From assembly GCA_030619735.1 (NCBI GenBank), contig JAUXAV010000001.1, positions 1-42,178 of the forward strand: a DNA stretch of 42,178 bases. Reading direction: 5' to 3'. The position numbers were made by a program, and so were the translations under genes. This DNA is from Candidatus Aenigmatarchaeota archaeon (lineage in GTDB: Archaea; Aenigmatarchaeota; Aenigmatarchaeia; QMZP01; JAUXAV01). Under the pieces are notes generated by a model that did no database searches, was not told the origin of the DNA, and was given only the letters and a program-made list of their open reading frames with translations. Of this stretch, positions 1 through 9,211 are shown piece after piece. Numbering within the stretch: the stretch's first letter is position 1; every line of letters starts with the position of its first letter.

Positions 1-156
1 CCTAAGGGACAGGCTTGGCCTCTTCTTTCCGGTTTCAAATCGGTGGATTTTGGAATCAGGGACGCCCTTTGCATAGCCCTTCCTGGGCCTTTTCCTGCTC
101 TGCCTTGCATAAGGCCTCTCCATCCTTGAATAGCATTTTGCTGGTCTGAGTGCCAT
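1..156 (-). CDS. rpl10e: 50S ribosomal protein L10e (uL16), N-terminal 52 codons; continues off the left edge
   Basis: Not in the ORF track. Minus-strand ATG at 154-156 gives MALRPAKCYSRMERPYARQSRKRPRKGYAKGVPDSKIHRFETGKKRPSLSLR with no stop. MALRPAKCY and GVPD.KI..F..G match the conserved archaeal/eukaryotic L10e N-terminus. Confidence 0.8.
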   Translation of the reverse strand, partial: MALRPAKCYSRMERPYARQSRKRPRKGYAKGVPDSKIHRFETGKKRPSLSLR

Positions 157-191
157 AACAATCACTCTGTTTAGATAAGATAATATTAGTA

Positions 192-199
192 TATTTAAA
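192..199 (-). promoter_or_regulatory. Candidate archaeal TATA box (TTTAAATA on minus strand) for rpl10e
   Basis: Plus-strand tatttaaa at 192-199 is TTTAAATA on the gene strand, 36 nt upstream of the ATG at 156. This fits the TTTAWATA consensus with a short or absent leader. Confidence 0.45.
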
Positions 200-224
200 T
201 GTTATAAAGTATGTGACTACAAAC

Positions 225-788
225 CTATCTGTCCTGGTGGATTTTGCTCTGGTCTATCCTGGTCTGTTTGTGGTATTTGGAGTCCTGCCTGGAACCATAG
301 GGTCTTTCGGAGGGGGAGGTCAGCTTATGGAAGGTCAGCTTGGCCACCCTCTGGCCGGGATATAATTTAACAGCGGTTTTCCCAAGATTGGTTATCTCCA
401 GGACTATCCTGCCCTCCCAGCCCGGGTTTATTGAGGAGGATGTGGTGTGAATCATTATGCCCAGTCTTCCCAGGCTTGACCTTCCGTCTACTGAACCCAC
501 CAGGTCATTTGGCATCCTTACGTATTCCTTAACTGTTCCCAGGACGAACTCACCCGGGTGGATTATGAAGGGTTTTCCGTCCTCCACCTTAACGGTTTCT
601 GTATAATTTTCCGTCTCCTTCCTGGTGTCTATAAAGGGGATGGAGCTTGTTTTGAACACCCTGAAATCGTTTCCCAGTAGCATGTCCACCCCTGAGGGCT
701 GTATCTGGACCTCTGGGTTTTCCAGGGGCTCTATCAGGATTTTTCCCTCCTTCAGGAGCTTTTTTATCTCGTGGTCTGGCAGAATCAT
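225..788 (-). CDS. dcd: dCTP deaminase
   Basis: 187-aa ORF with N-terminus MILPDHEIKKLL..ILIEP. The segment VDGRSSLGRLGIMIHTTSSSINPGWEGRIVLEITNLG matches the dCTP deaminase/dUTPase-fold signature. Confidence 0.9.
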   Translation of the reverse strand: MILPDHEIKKLLKEGKILIEPLENPEVQIQPSGVDMLLGNDFRVFKTSSIPFIDTRKETENYTETVKVEDGKPFIIHPGEFVLGTVKEYVRMPNDLVGSVDGRSSLGRLGIMIHTTSSSINPGWEGRIVLEITNLGKTAVKLYPGQRVAKLTFHKLTSPSERPYGSRQDSKYHKQTRIDQSKIHQDR

Positions 789-802
789 ACCATCAAGTTA
801 AT

Positions 803-822
803 TTTATAAAAAAGATTTAAAT
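803..822. promoter_or_regulatory. Candidate bidirectional TATA region between dcd and the nucleotidyltransferase gene
   Basis: TTTATAAA at 803-810 and the palindromic ATTTAAAT at 815-822 lie in a 49-nt divergent spacer. ATTTAAAT is ~27 nt from the dcd ATG (788) and ~22-29 nt from ATG 844, consistent with near-leaderless archaeal transcripts. Confidence 0.4.
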
Positions 823-837
823 GTTAACAGGATAGGA

Positions 838-1572
838 TTGAATATGGATGCGGTTATACTGTGCGGCGGCTTCGGGAGGAGGATGTGGCCCCTTACCAGG
901 GAGAGACCAAAGGCCCTGCTTGAGGTCAGGGGCAGGCCCCTTATAGAGCATATACTGGACAGGCTTGGGGGCGTAGAGGAAATAGAGAGGGTTTTTATCT
1001 CTGTTAACAGGAAATTTGATGGTCAGTTCAGGGCCTGGCTGAGCGGTTATAATTCAAAAAAGCCCCTGAAGCTCGTGGTGGAGCCCAGCATGGAGGAGGG
1101 GGAGAAGCTGGGAAGCATAGGGGCATGGGGCTTCCTGATAAGGCAGGAGGGTCTTGAAAGGCCTCTGCTATCCGTATCAGGGGATAATTTTTTTGACTTT
1201 GATTTGAAACCCTTTCTGGATTTCTACAGGAAGGTAGGGGAAACAGCAATAGGGGTCTTTGATGTGAAGGAAAGAGAAGAGGCAAGGAAGATGGGAATAG
1301 TGAAGATGGATTCGGATGGGAGAATTGTGGGGTTTGAGGAGAAGCCTGAAAAGCCCAAGGGGACCCTGGCCTCCACCGGGATATATGTATTCCCAGGGGA
1401 GGTCCTGGGGATGATTTTGAAATACCTGAAGCAGGGGGAAAATCCTGACAAGGCGGGGTTCTTCCTGGAATGGCTCCATAAAACAAGGCCCGTGTTTGGG
1501 TTTATATTCGGGGGGGAATGGGTTGACATAGGGAGCACGGAAGCATACAAGAATCTCAACAGCCAGGGTTAA
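838..1572 (+). CDS. Sugar-phosphate nucleotidyltransferase (NTP_transferase family); true start probably ATG at 844
   Basis: ILCGGFGRRMWPLTRERPKALLEV is the GxGxRxxPLTxxxPK signature of sugar-1-phosphate nucleotidyltransferases. The track start at 838 is TTG; an in-frame ATG follows two codons later. Confidence 0.8.
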   Translation: MNMDAVILCGGFGRRMWPLTRERPKALLEVRGRPLIEHILDRLGGVEEIERVFISVNRKFDGQFRAWLSGYNSKKPLKLVVEPSMEEGEKLGSIGAWGFLIRQEGLERPLLSVSGDNFFDFDLKPFLDFYRKVGETAIGVFDVKEREEARKMGIVKMDSDGRIVGFEEKPEKPKGTLASTGIYVFPGEVLGMILKYLKQGENPDKAGFFLEWLHKTRPVFGFIFGGEWVDIGSTEAYKNLNSQG

Positions 1573-2474
1573 AGGCTGAGGCCTGATATCATATTCCTTA
1601 TCTTTTCAGCGGATTCCCTGAAGGCCTTTTCTTCATCTTCTGAGAGGTCAAGCTCCAGGATTTTCTCTATCCCTGATTTCCCTAATACAACTGGAACGCC
1701 TGTGCATATCCCCTCAATTCCGTATTCCCCCTCCAGGTAGGCGGAGAGAGGGATGGTCTCCTTCCTGTCCTTTACTATGGCCTCCGCCATCCTGGCTATT
1801 GCAATTGAGGGGGCGAACACCGTGGCTCCTTTCAGGGCTATCACCTCTGCCCCTGAAGACCTGGTCTTATTTGCTATATCTTTCATCTGCTCCTGGGAGA
1901 GAATCCCTGAAACGGGTTTTTCCTGGAAAAGGGAGTTGGAGAAGACCGGGACCATGGATTCCCCGTGTTCGCCAATAACCAGGGCATCTATCTCCTGGGG
2001 CTTTGCCCTGAGTTCCCTGGAGAGATAAAAAGCCAGTCTCTGGGAATCCAGGAGCCCTCCCATTCCCATCACCCTGTCCCTTTCAAAGCCGGTTGTTTTT
2101 TTCATTATGTATGTCAGTATGTCAATCGGGTTGGACACCTGTATTACTATGGATTCCGGGGCCAGGGTTTTTATCTTTTTGGCAACGGATTCCGTAATAT
2201 CCCTGTTCTTGTTTATGAGCCCTGTCCTGTCCATGCCCGGTTTCCTGGGAAAGCCCGCTGTGTTTATGACTATTTCTGAGCCCTTAATGTCCTGGAAATC
2301 ATTGGAGCCAGAAACCTCTACTGAAAAGGACCGGGCCGAGTGCATTATGTCCAGGGCATGTCCCTGCGGGAGGCCCTTGGCTATGTCTATAAGCTTTATG
2401 TCAGAAAGCCCCTTCTGGGCAAGCAAGAAGGCGGCCTCGCTTCCCAGCCTGCCGGAGCCTATTATGGATATCAT
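1569..2474 (-). CDS. mdh: Malate (L-lactate/malate family) dehydrogenase
   Basis: MISIIGSGRLGS Rossmann N-terminus, ITAGFPRKPGMDR-like segment (NTAGFPRKPGMDRTGL) and IVIQVSNPIDILT, all LDH/MDH family hallmarks. 4-nt overlap with nadC. Confidence 0.85.
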   Translation of the reverse strand: MISIIGSGRLGSEAAFLLAQKGLSDIKLIDIAKGLPQGHALDIMHSARSFSVEVSGSNDFQDIKGSEIVINTAGFPRKPGMDRTGLINKNRDITESVAKKIKTLAPESIVIQVSNPIDILTYIMKKTTGFERDRVMGMGGLLDSQRLAFYLSRELRAKPQEIDALVIGEHGESMVPVFSNSLFQEKPVSGILSQEQMKDIANKTRSSGAEVIALKGATVFAPSIAIARMAEAIVKDRKETIPLSAYLEGEYGIEGICTGVPVVLGKSGIEKILELDLSEDEEKAFRESAEKIRNMISGLSL

Positions 2475-3316
2475 GGTTTCTCCTTTGTCATCTCCATGGT
2501 TATGTCCAGGGACTTAAAAGAATGGGTAAGGCCTCCTATGGATATGAAATCCACGCCGGTTCTGGCAACCCTCTCAAGGTTGGAGAGGTTTATTCCTCCG
2601 GATGCCTCCAGCTTGGCTTTACCCTTAATCATACTGACCGCCTTCTCCATATCTTCAGGGGGCATGTTGTCAAGCATTATTATATCGGGTCTGGATTCCA
2701 GGGCCTCCCCCAGTTGCTTTAGGGTTTCCACCTCTATCTCTACCTTCCCCTTTGATTTCCTCCTGGCGCTTTCCAGGGCATTTTTCACAGAGCCTGCAAG
2801 CATTATATGGTTGTCCTTTATCAGGGCCATATCGTAAAGGCCCATCCTGTGGTTTTCCCCTCCCCCGCATCTTACAGCATACTTTTCCAGGATTCTAAGG
2901 CCAGGGGTTGTCTTCCTGGTGTCAAGGATTTTTGCCTTGCAGGGCTTTACAGCCTCTACAAATTTTTTGGTGGTGGTAGCCACGCCGGAAAGCCTCTGCA
3001 GGAAATTCAGGGCAACCCTCTCACCGGTCAGGAGGGCCCTGGCATTGCCCTCAATCTCTGCCAGTTTCTGACCCGGCTTTATACCGTCCCCGTCCTTTGC
3101 AAGGGGCTTGAATTCAATATTTGGGTCCAGTTCCCTGAAAACCAGTTCTGCCACCCTGAGGCCGCACAGAACACCCTCCTCTTCTGCTTTAAGGACTGCC
3201 CTGGCTTTGAGATCCTGGGGGATTACAGCCTCGGTTGTTATATCTCCCTCTCCTATGTCCTCTTCCAGAGCCAGTCTGATTATGCCTTCAATCCTTTTGT
3301 GGTCTAGAGCCTGCAT
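2471..3316 (-). CDS. nadC: Nicotinate-nucleotide pyrophosphorylase (quinolinate phosphoribosyltransferase)
   Basis: ILDTRKTTPGLRILEKYAVRCGGGENHRMGLYDMALIKDNHI and IMLDNM are classic NadC motifs. Confidence 0.9.
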   Translation of the reverse strand: MQALDHKRIEGIIRLALEEDIGEGDITTEAVIPQDLKARAVLKAEEEGVLCGLRVAELVFRELDPNIEFKPLAKDGDGIKPGQKLAEIEGNARALLTGERVALNFLQRLSGVATTTKKFVEAVKPCKAKILDTRKTTPGLRILEKYAVRCGGGENHRMGLYDMALIKDNHIMLAGSVKNALESARRKSKGKVEIEVETLKQLGEALESRPDIIMLDNMPPEDMEKAVSMIKGKAKLEASGGINLSNLERVARTGVDFISIGGLTHSFKSLDITMEMTKEKP

Positions 3317-4020
3317 ACGGGCGGGACCTCCCTCTTGTGTTTTGATTTCTTAATCATATCCTTGACCTGCTTTAGCTTGTCTGGGTCAAGGCCCTGGGTC
3401 TTGTTGTTTTCCAGGGCTTCAAGGATTCTGTCAAGCTCCCCATAGGTTATGCCCAGTTCCTTTTCATCATACTGTCCTTTCCATAGGCCTGCTGATGGTG
3501 ATTTGTTTATAATCTCGTCTGGAATTCCTAATTCCCTTGCCAGTTCTATAACCTGGGTCTTAAACAGGTCTCCTAGGGGTAGTATGTCCGCGGCGCTATC
3601 GGCATGCTTAGTTAGGTAGCCTATGAGTAGTTCTGTCTTGTTTCCTGTCCCGACAACAAGGTATTTTTTGAGGTTTGCAAAATAGTAGAGGGTGAGCATC
3701 CTGAGCCTGGGTTTTATGTTCGCCCTTGATATCTGGTCCCCCTCTGGGAGCGAGCGGGCAATTGTATCATATGCCTCTGACAGGTCAATGGTCTCTGTTT
3801 TGATATTGAATTTTTCAGTTATTAGCTTGGCGTGCTCCAGGTCTTTGGGGTCAGAATGGCAGGGCATGAGCAGCCCTAAAACATTTTCATCTAGGGCCTT
3901 TTTGCAGAGGACTGCTGTGACTGAGGAATCCAGGCCGCCACTAAGGCCTAATACAGCACCCTTTGCGCCTGCGGATTTCACCCTTTCTGCAATCCATTCG
4001 GATATTTTTTCCGGTATCAT
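3304..4020 (-). CDS. nadE: NH3-dependent NAD+ synthetase
   Basis: 238 aa. PP-loop VLGLSGGLDSSV and LVVGTGNKTELLIGY.TKH.D motifs typical of short NadE. Overlaps nadC and the upstream GT4 gene. Confidence 0.85.
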   Translation of the reverse strand: MIPEKISEWIAERVKSAGAKGAVLGLSGGLDSSVTAVLCKKALDENVLGLLMPCHSDPKDLEHAKLITEKFNIKTETIDLSEAYDTIARSLPEGDQISRANIKPRLRMLTLYYFANLKKYLVVGTGNKTELLIGYLTKHADSAADILPLGDLFKTQVIELARELGIPDEIINKSPSAGLWKGQYDEKELGITYGELDRILEALENNKTQGLDPDKLKQVKDMIKKSKHKREVPPVCRL

Positions 4021-5162
4021 TTCCTGTCCTCCAGGAGCTTTTTGTATTCCTTTATCATTATCCCTGCAAGCCTGTCCCAGGAATATTGCCTGGATTTCAG
4101 CTTTGCCTTGGCTCCCATAGATTTTATCAGGGCAGGCTTTTTAAGCAGACTGGAGATTGCAAGCTTCAGGGCCTTGGAACTCCTTGGCTTTGCAAGGATT
4201 CCTATTCCCTTATCGATTATTTCTGGAAGGCTTGTGACCCTGCATGCAACCACGGGTTTTCCGCAGGCCATGGCCTCCAGAGCAACATTAGGGAAGCCTT
4301 CATGGAGTGATGGCAAAACAAGGAAGTCAGAGGCGGAAAGGAAATCCTTTATATCACTCCTAAGGCCTGCGAATATGACAGAATCTGATATGCCAAGAGA
4401 ATCTACCTGTTGCTCAAGCTCCTGCCTTATAGGACCGTCACCCACTATCAGGAGCTTTGTATTGGGACTTGCTTTCACTATCCCCGACATTGCAGAGAAG
4501 AGATATTTCAGGCCCTTAACCTTTACCAGTCTTCCTACAAAAAGGATGACTCTGCTCTTGGCAGGTATGTTAAATTCCCTCCTTAATTTGTTTCCATTAG
4601 CTCCCTGGAACCTGGAGAGGTCTATGCCATTAGGTATTACCTTTGCATTTATCCTCCTGCCGTACCAGTCCGAGGCGGAGTCTACTATATGCTGGGTGAT
4701 GGCAGTCACAAGGTCTGCCCTGGCTAAGGCCCTCTTCTCAAACATCTGGAGCATCCTGGCCAGTTTACTGCCACGGGCCTTTATATTGTCAGGTATGGTC
4801 CCCCTCATGGTATAGACCAGGGGTATGCCTGCAAGCTTCTTGACCGCAGAACCCACAAAGCCTGATATGGGGTTGTTGGCATGTATGATTTCTATCCTGT
4901 GCTTTCTGACATAGCGGAGGATATAGGGTATGGAGAACAGGTTATAGCTCAGGTAGGAGAGGCTTATGTCCCCGAATTCTTTTCTTATATGGGGTATCTT
5001 CACAGGGTGGATATTTTTGTATCTGGGAGCTCCTTTCTCGGCTACGAAGAGGAAGACCTGATGGCCTTTCCCAGCCAATCTCTTTGAGAGCTCAAAGACC
5101 TGGTTGTCTATCCCGCTCATCTTCGGGGGGAAGGACCTTGCACCCAGTATCGCTATCTTCAT
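4017..5162 (-). CDS. Glycosyltransferase, GT4 family (GT-B fold)
   Basis: 381 aa. N-terminal MKIAILGARSFPP...GIDNQV and C-terminal LPSLHEGFPNVALEAMACGKPVVA (EX7E-type glycos_transf_1 motif). Confidence 0.85.
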   Translation of the reverse strand: MKIAILGARSFPPKMSGIDNQVFELSKRLAGKGHQVFLFVAEKGAPRYKNIHPVKIPHIRKEFGDISLSYLSYNLFSIPYILRYVRKHRIEIIHANNPISGFVGSAVKKLAGIPLVYTMRGTIPDNIKARGSKLARMLQMFEKRALARADLVTAITQHIVDSASDWYGRRINAKVIPNGIDLSRFQGANGNKLRREFNIPAKSRVILFVGRLVKVKGLKYLFSAMSGIVKASPNTKLLIVGDGPIRQELEQQVDSLGISDSVIFAGLRSDIKDFLSASDFLVLPSLHEGFPNVALEAMACGKPVVACRVTSLPEIIDKGIGILAKPRSSKALKLAISSLLKKPALIKSMGAKAKLKSRQYSWDRLAGIMIKEYKKLLEDRK

Positions 5163-5168
5163 ATTAAA

Positions 5169-7013
5169 TCACACATACTTGTCAAGCCTGAACTCAGGCT
5201 TCTCAAACTCAAAATGCATCTTGTACCAGAGTATAAAGGATACCAAGGTCCAGAACTGCCTGGTATAGTAGCGCCTGCTCCTTTCATAGTTATCTATAAT
5301 TTTCCTGATTTCCTGCCTTTTTAGCAGGTGTTTTGGAGCCGAGTCAAATAACTGCAAAGCAATGTCCCTTAATCCCTCCTGCATCCATTTTTCTGTTGGC
5401 AGGACAAAGCCGGATTTCTTCCTCTTTGCTATCAGCTGAGGCAATCGCTTTGCAACAGCCTTCCTGAACATATATTTGGTTTTCAATCTTCTCAGCTTCA
5501 TGACTGGAGGTATGCTGAAGGCAAAGTCAATGAATCTGCGGTCAAGATATGGGACCCTAGCTTCAATGGCATGGGCCATAGTCATCCGGTCCACCTTCAT
5601 TAAATAATCATTTGGAAGCTGTGTATTGAAGTCTGTGTACATCATGTTCTGTAGCAGGGGATTTTTGGCAGAGAAGAGGGGTTCTATAGTATTTCTTCCT
5701 GTCATGATGTTTCTTGAAAATCTTGTGGAAAAGATTCTTCTCTTTTCATCAGGGGTGAATGTGGATATATAGGAGAGGAATGCATCCACGTCATCTGATT
5801 TCTCCAATTTTTTAAACCTGGAATAGGTTTCTTTAGACATCCTTTTGCTGATTATCTTGGACGTTATCCTGCTTATGGGGGACGGGATTTTTTTATACAT
5901 CCTGCGCATCATCATAACCCTGTACCGGTCATAGCCTCCCAGCATCTCATCCCCTCCATCACCCATCAATGCAACTGTTAGGTGTTTCTTGGTCTCCTGT
6001 GACATTATGTAAAGGGGTATTGCTGCAATATCCACAACAGGGGTGTCCAGATGCCACGTTATCCTGGGGAGAATCTTCAAATCAGCCTGCTCCACTATTA
6101 TCTCCTTGTGGTCTGTCCCCAGGTGCTCTGCTACCATCCTTCCGAACCTGGTCTCATCTGTTGGGTGGCCGAAACCGATGGTGAAGGTCCTGACATCCGG
6201 ATGGACCTGGCTTGCCAGGGCTGCTATGTAGCTTGAGTCCAGGCCGCCGGAGAGGTAAATGCCCAGAGGGACATCTGAGACCAGCCTAAGATTGACGGAT
6301 TCCCTAAGGTTTTCCTCTATCCTTTTCATGCATTCCTTTTTTGACATTTTTCTTGTTTCCAGGCCGGGCTTCCAGTAAATCTTCCTCTGGAGCTTCAGGG
6401 TTTTCAAATTCAGTATGAGGTATTCTGAGGGTAGGAGCATCCTAATACCTTTAAAAAGGGTCCTGGGCGCGAGGGCATACTGGAAGGTGAAAAGCTCGTC
6501 CAAGGCCTTAAGGTCAAGGGGGAATTTCTTGTATTGAAGAAGGGCTTTAATCTCAGAAGCGAAAAGGAATTTCCTGCTAGAAAAATGGTAGTATAGGGGC
6601 TTTATCCCCGCCCTGTCCCTGGCGAGCATGAGGGTTTTTTTATTGGAATCATAAAGGGCAAAAGCGAACATGCCCCTTAGTTTCTTTATGAAGTCAGGGC
6701 CGAGCTCTTCATACAGATGGACCATAACCTCTGTGTCGCTGTTGGAAAAAAAGCTATGCCTGTCCAGTTGTTTTTTCAGCTCCTTGTAGTTGTATATCTC
6801 TCCGTTGCAGATTAGCTGAATGGTTCCGTTTTCATTGGAGAGCGGCTGCCTGGCCTTTCTGGAGAGGTCTATTATGGATAAGCGGTTGTGGCCAAGGGAG
6901 ATGTTTTTGTCTGTGAAAGAGCCAGAATCATCAGGCCCCCTGTGGTTTAGGGATTCCATCATCTTCCTGAGAAGTCCGGGGTCCTCGAAATTGAAGCCTG
7001 TTATGCCGCACAT
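5169..7013 (-). CDS. asnB: Asparagine synthase (glutamine-hydrolysing)-family amidotransferase
   Basis: 614 aa. MCGITG Ntn-Cys2 glutaminase start and the PP-loop YLSGGLDSSYIAALA of the synthetase domain. Sits between two GT4 genes. Confidence 0.85.
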   Translation of the reverse strand: MCGITGFNFEDPGLLRKMMESLNHRGPDDSGSFTDKNISLGHNRLSIIDLSRKARQPLSNENGTIQLICNGEIYNYKELKKQLDRHSFFSNSDTEVMVHLYEELGPDFIKKLRGMFAFALYDSNKKTLMLARDRAGIKPLYYHFSSRKFLFASEIKALLQYKKFPLDLKALDELFTFQYALAPRTLFKGIRMLLPSEYLILNLKTLKLQRKIYWKPGLETRKMSKKECMKRIEENLRESVNLRLVSDVPLGIYLSGGLDSSYIAALASQVHPDVRTFTIGFGHPTDETRFGRMVAEHLGTDHKEIIVEQADLKILPRITWHLDTPVVDIAAIPLYIMSQETKKHLTVALMGDGGDEMLGGYDRYRVMMMRRMYKKIPSPISRITSKIISKRMSKETYSRFKKLEKSDDVDAFLSYISTFTPDEKRRIFSTRFSRNIMTGRNTIEPLFSAKNPLLQNMMYTDFNTQLPNDYLMKVDRMTMAHAIEARVPYLDRRFIDFAFSIPPVMKLRRLKTKYMFRKAVAKRLPQLIAKRKKSGFVLPTEKWMQEGLRDIALQLFDSAPKHLLKRQEIRKIIDNYERSRRYYTRQFWTLVSFILWYKMHFEFEKPEFRLDKYV

Positions 7014-7113
7014 AATGGTTAATTTAAAGTCCTTCTATATATTCCATTACCCCAGCCTTCCTTTTATGATAGCGATGCTATTTTATAAGCTTTGCTGCAT
7101 ATTCAATAATGAA

Positions 7114-7151
7114 GTGAAGGTAATGAATGTTTACAGGTGAAGGTAATGAAT
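7114..7151 (+). repeat. Tandem duplication of the RBS/start region of the GT4 gene (GTGAAGGTAATGAAT x2, 23-nt period)
   Basis: GTGAAGGTAATGAAT occurs at 7114-7128 and again at 7137-7151. The first copy opens a 5-codon mini-ORF (ATGAATGTTTACAGGTGA); the second gives MNILILGS, the likely real start at 7146. Confidence 0.8.
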
Positions 7152-8273
7152 ATCTTGATACTGGGTTCGCTTTCGGCATGGGATGCTGTCACAGGCGGGA
7201 TGGAAAATTACATAACAGAGGTTTCGGAGCGGCTTGCAAAAAGGCACAATGTGCATGTCATAGTCAATAACAATGATAAAGGCAGCCTGAAATCAGAGGA
7301 AAAAATAAACAGGGTATCGGTCTATAGGCTGGGTTACAGCAGGATAGGGTTGAAAAGGATGCTAATCTACCCACTTGATTATTACAGGATTGCCAAAAAA
7401 ATAATTGAAGAAAACGATATTGAAATCATACATTCGCTTGCATCATATCCGATGGGATATATAGCGTGCAGGCTTGGTAAAAAATTCAACATACCCTCCC
7501 TTATCAGCATCAGGAACACCATCCCGAGCTATATGAACACTGTTTTTATAAAAAGGCATTTCCTGAATTACACGTTCAAAAATGCCACGGGCTTGCATAC
7601 AGCAAGTAATTATCTTAAAGAACAAGTGAAGTTTTTTTTCAGAAGGGAGGCGTTAACAGTTTATAACGGGGTTGACATAAAACCCCCTGGTTCTGGCACC
7701 AAAAAGAGGATAAGGAATAAATACGGCCTGAAATTCCCGACAATCATATGCGTTTCACACTATAGGCCACCACAGAAAAGGCAGGACATACTGGTAAGGG
7801 CTGGGAAAGGGGTAATCGAAAAGTACCCTGAAATGAAAATCCTGTTTATAGGCAGGGGGTTTTCAGAATCCATTTTAAGCCTGGCAAGGGGACTGGGACT
7901 GGATAATAACATTTTATTTTTGGGTGGAAAGCCCCGCAATGAAATCCCCCTTTATCTGTCAGTATCAGATGTTTTTGCGCTGCCTACCTTATTTGAGGGA
8001 TTGCCGAATGCTGTGCTTGAGGCACTGGCCATGGGTGTCCCTGTTGTGGCCACAAAAACAGGGTCGCTGCCAGAGGTGGTTGAAAATGATATTGACGGCA
8101 AACTTGTCCCTCTTAGCGCAGAGGGGTTTGCAGAAGGGATACTGGATTTGCTTTCAGACAGGAAAAGATTAAACACTATGGGCAGCAGCGGAGTAAGGAA
8201 AACCAGGAAATTCACCTGGGAGAACACCGCAAGGGGAATTGAAACTGAGATGATAAGACTGGTCAAGAAATAG
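7137..8273 (+). CDS. Glycosyltransferase, GT4 family; likely start ATG 7146
   Basis: 378 aa. LPTLFEGLPNAVLEALAMGVPVVATKTGSLPEVV glycos_transf_1 motif. Confidence 0.85.
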   Translation: MKVMNILILGSLSAWDAVTGGMENYITEVSERLAKRHNVHVIVNNNDKGSLKSEEKINRVSVYRLGYSRIGLKRMLIYPLDYYRIAKKIIEENDIEIIHSLASYPMGYIACRLGKKFNIPSLISIRNTIPSYMNTVFIKRHFLNYTFKNATGLHTASNYLKEQVKFFFRREALTVYNGVDIKPPGSGTKKRIRNKYGLKFPTIICVSHYRPPQKRQDILVRAGKGVIEKYPEMKILFIGRGFSESILSLARGLGLDNNILFLGGKPRNEIPLYLSVSDVFALPTLFEGLPNAVLEALAMGVPVVATKTGSLPEVVENDIDGKLVPLSAEGFAEGILDLLSDRKRLNTMGSSGVRKTRKFTWENTARGIETEMIRLVKK

Positions 8274-8495
8274 CTAACTTCCTTTCTTCATTCTGTAGTA
8301 AAGCATCTTGCTCTTTTCATATATTTTTCTGTCCAGAGGGAAGCCGAATATATTGTACCTTGTCCTGAACCTTGCAATTGTGCTGAATATCTCCTTTCCC
8401 AGGGACAGATTCTTCTGGCCTGAAAGCATGGTGTAGAACCATATGTCTGAAATGTTTTCGTTAAAATCCACCCAGGGGATGTTCCTGGATGACAC
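8274..8495 (-). pseudogene. C-terminal remnant of a B12-binding radical-SAM paralogue
   Basis: DIWFYTML...ARFRTRYNIFGFPLDRKIYEK parallels NMWFYKAIM...ARWKHRFFSFPFEYIFAEK at the C-terminus of the intact 500-aa paralogue (24784-26286). No upstream catalytic domain. Confidence 0.6.
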
Positions 8496-8506
8496 ATAAC
8501 CGAAGA

Positions 8507-9139
8507 CTAGCCTGGATTTTGCTTATCCCTTTTTTTTGCATAGACAATGAAACCTAGTGGAAACAGGTCGTCTTTAATATTTAATCTTGCTATTAAGGGA
8601 TTAAATATATTAAGGATTATTGCAGCTTTTCCTCCTACTAGCATGCCCCAGATGGCATGGAGCCTGTTTCCATATCCTTGTATTTCAACTGTACTGAATT
8701 TCCTAAAGAGATGCTCTAAAGAGTCTTTGGTGAATCTATAATAATCTTTTGGATCTGGATGATAGCTGTGTATGAATGGTGTGGAGAGGATGCAGATCCC
8801 CCCCCTCTTCAGTACTCTATGAATTTCGTTTACGGACTTCTGGGGTTCTTCCAAGTGCTCTATCACCTCGGTAGCGATGACTATATCGAAGTAGTTTGAT
8901 TTCCATTTTATGTCTTGTAGGTCACAGCAAATATCTGGATTGTGACTTTTCTCTATGTCTAATGTCATGTATTTCGTGTGTGGTATATGTTCTTTATAGG
9001 GGGACCCCTTTGCACCGACATCAAGGACTATTCCAGCTTTAAGTTGTTTGAAATAGTGTAACAACAATTTGTTTAAGCACAGCCTCGATGCACTTTTAAT
9101 TTTCAATGTCGGTGATTTTTTAAGTAGTTTTACTATCAT
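8507..9139 (-). CDS. Class I SAM-dependent methyltransferase
   Basis: 210 aa. Motif I VLDVGAKGS, FDIVIATEVIEHLEEP and LKRGGICILSTP. Markedly AT-rich: one 60-nt line at 8581 counts 17 G+C. Confidence 0.8.
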   Translation of the reverse strand: MIVKLLKKSPTLKIKSASRLCLNKLLLHYFKQLKAGIVLDVGAKGSPYKEHIPHTKYMTLDIEKSHNPDICCDLQDIKWKSNYFDIVIATEVIEHLEEPQKSVNEIHRVLKRGGICILSTPFIHSYHPDPKDYYRFTKDSLEHLFRKFSTVEIQGYGNRLHAIWGMLVGGKAAIILNIFNPLIARLNIKDDLFPLGFIVYAKKRDKQNPG

Positions 9140-9211
9140 ATTACCCTCTAAGTTATATTGACATACTAACTCAGACCTTTGAGAGCTCTTTTTTGAACTC
9201 CTTTGCCTTTC

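Noticed and set aside
4042-4815. 257-aa plus-strand ORF, and similar long antisense ORFs (e.g. 1028-1486, 15418-16095, 25607-26173, 27979-28413, 32376-33005, 34715-35149, 39250-39747)
   Set aside because: Each lies wholly inside a confidently identified gene on the opposite strand. Their translations are low-complexity (Ser/Pro/Leu-rich) and have no recognisable motifs. They are shadow ORFs produced by the host codon bias.
8288-8497. Alternative-frame 69-aa ORF overlapping the radical-SAM C-terminal remnant
   Set aside because: No similarity to anything in the window. The other frame carries the recognisable paralogue-like sequence.
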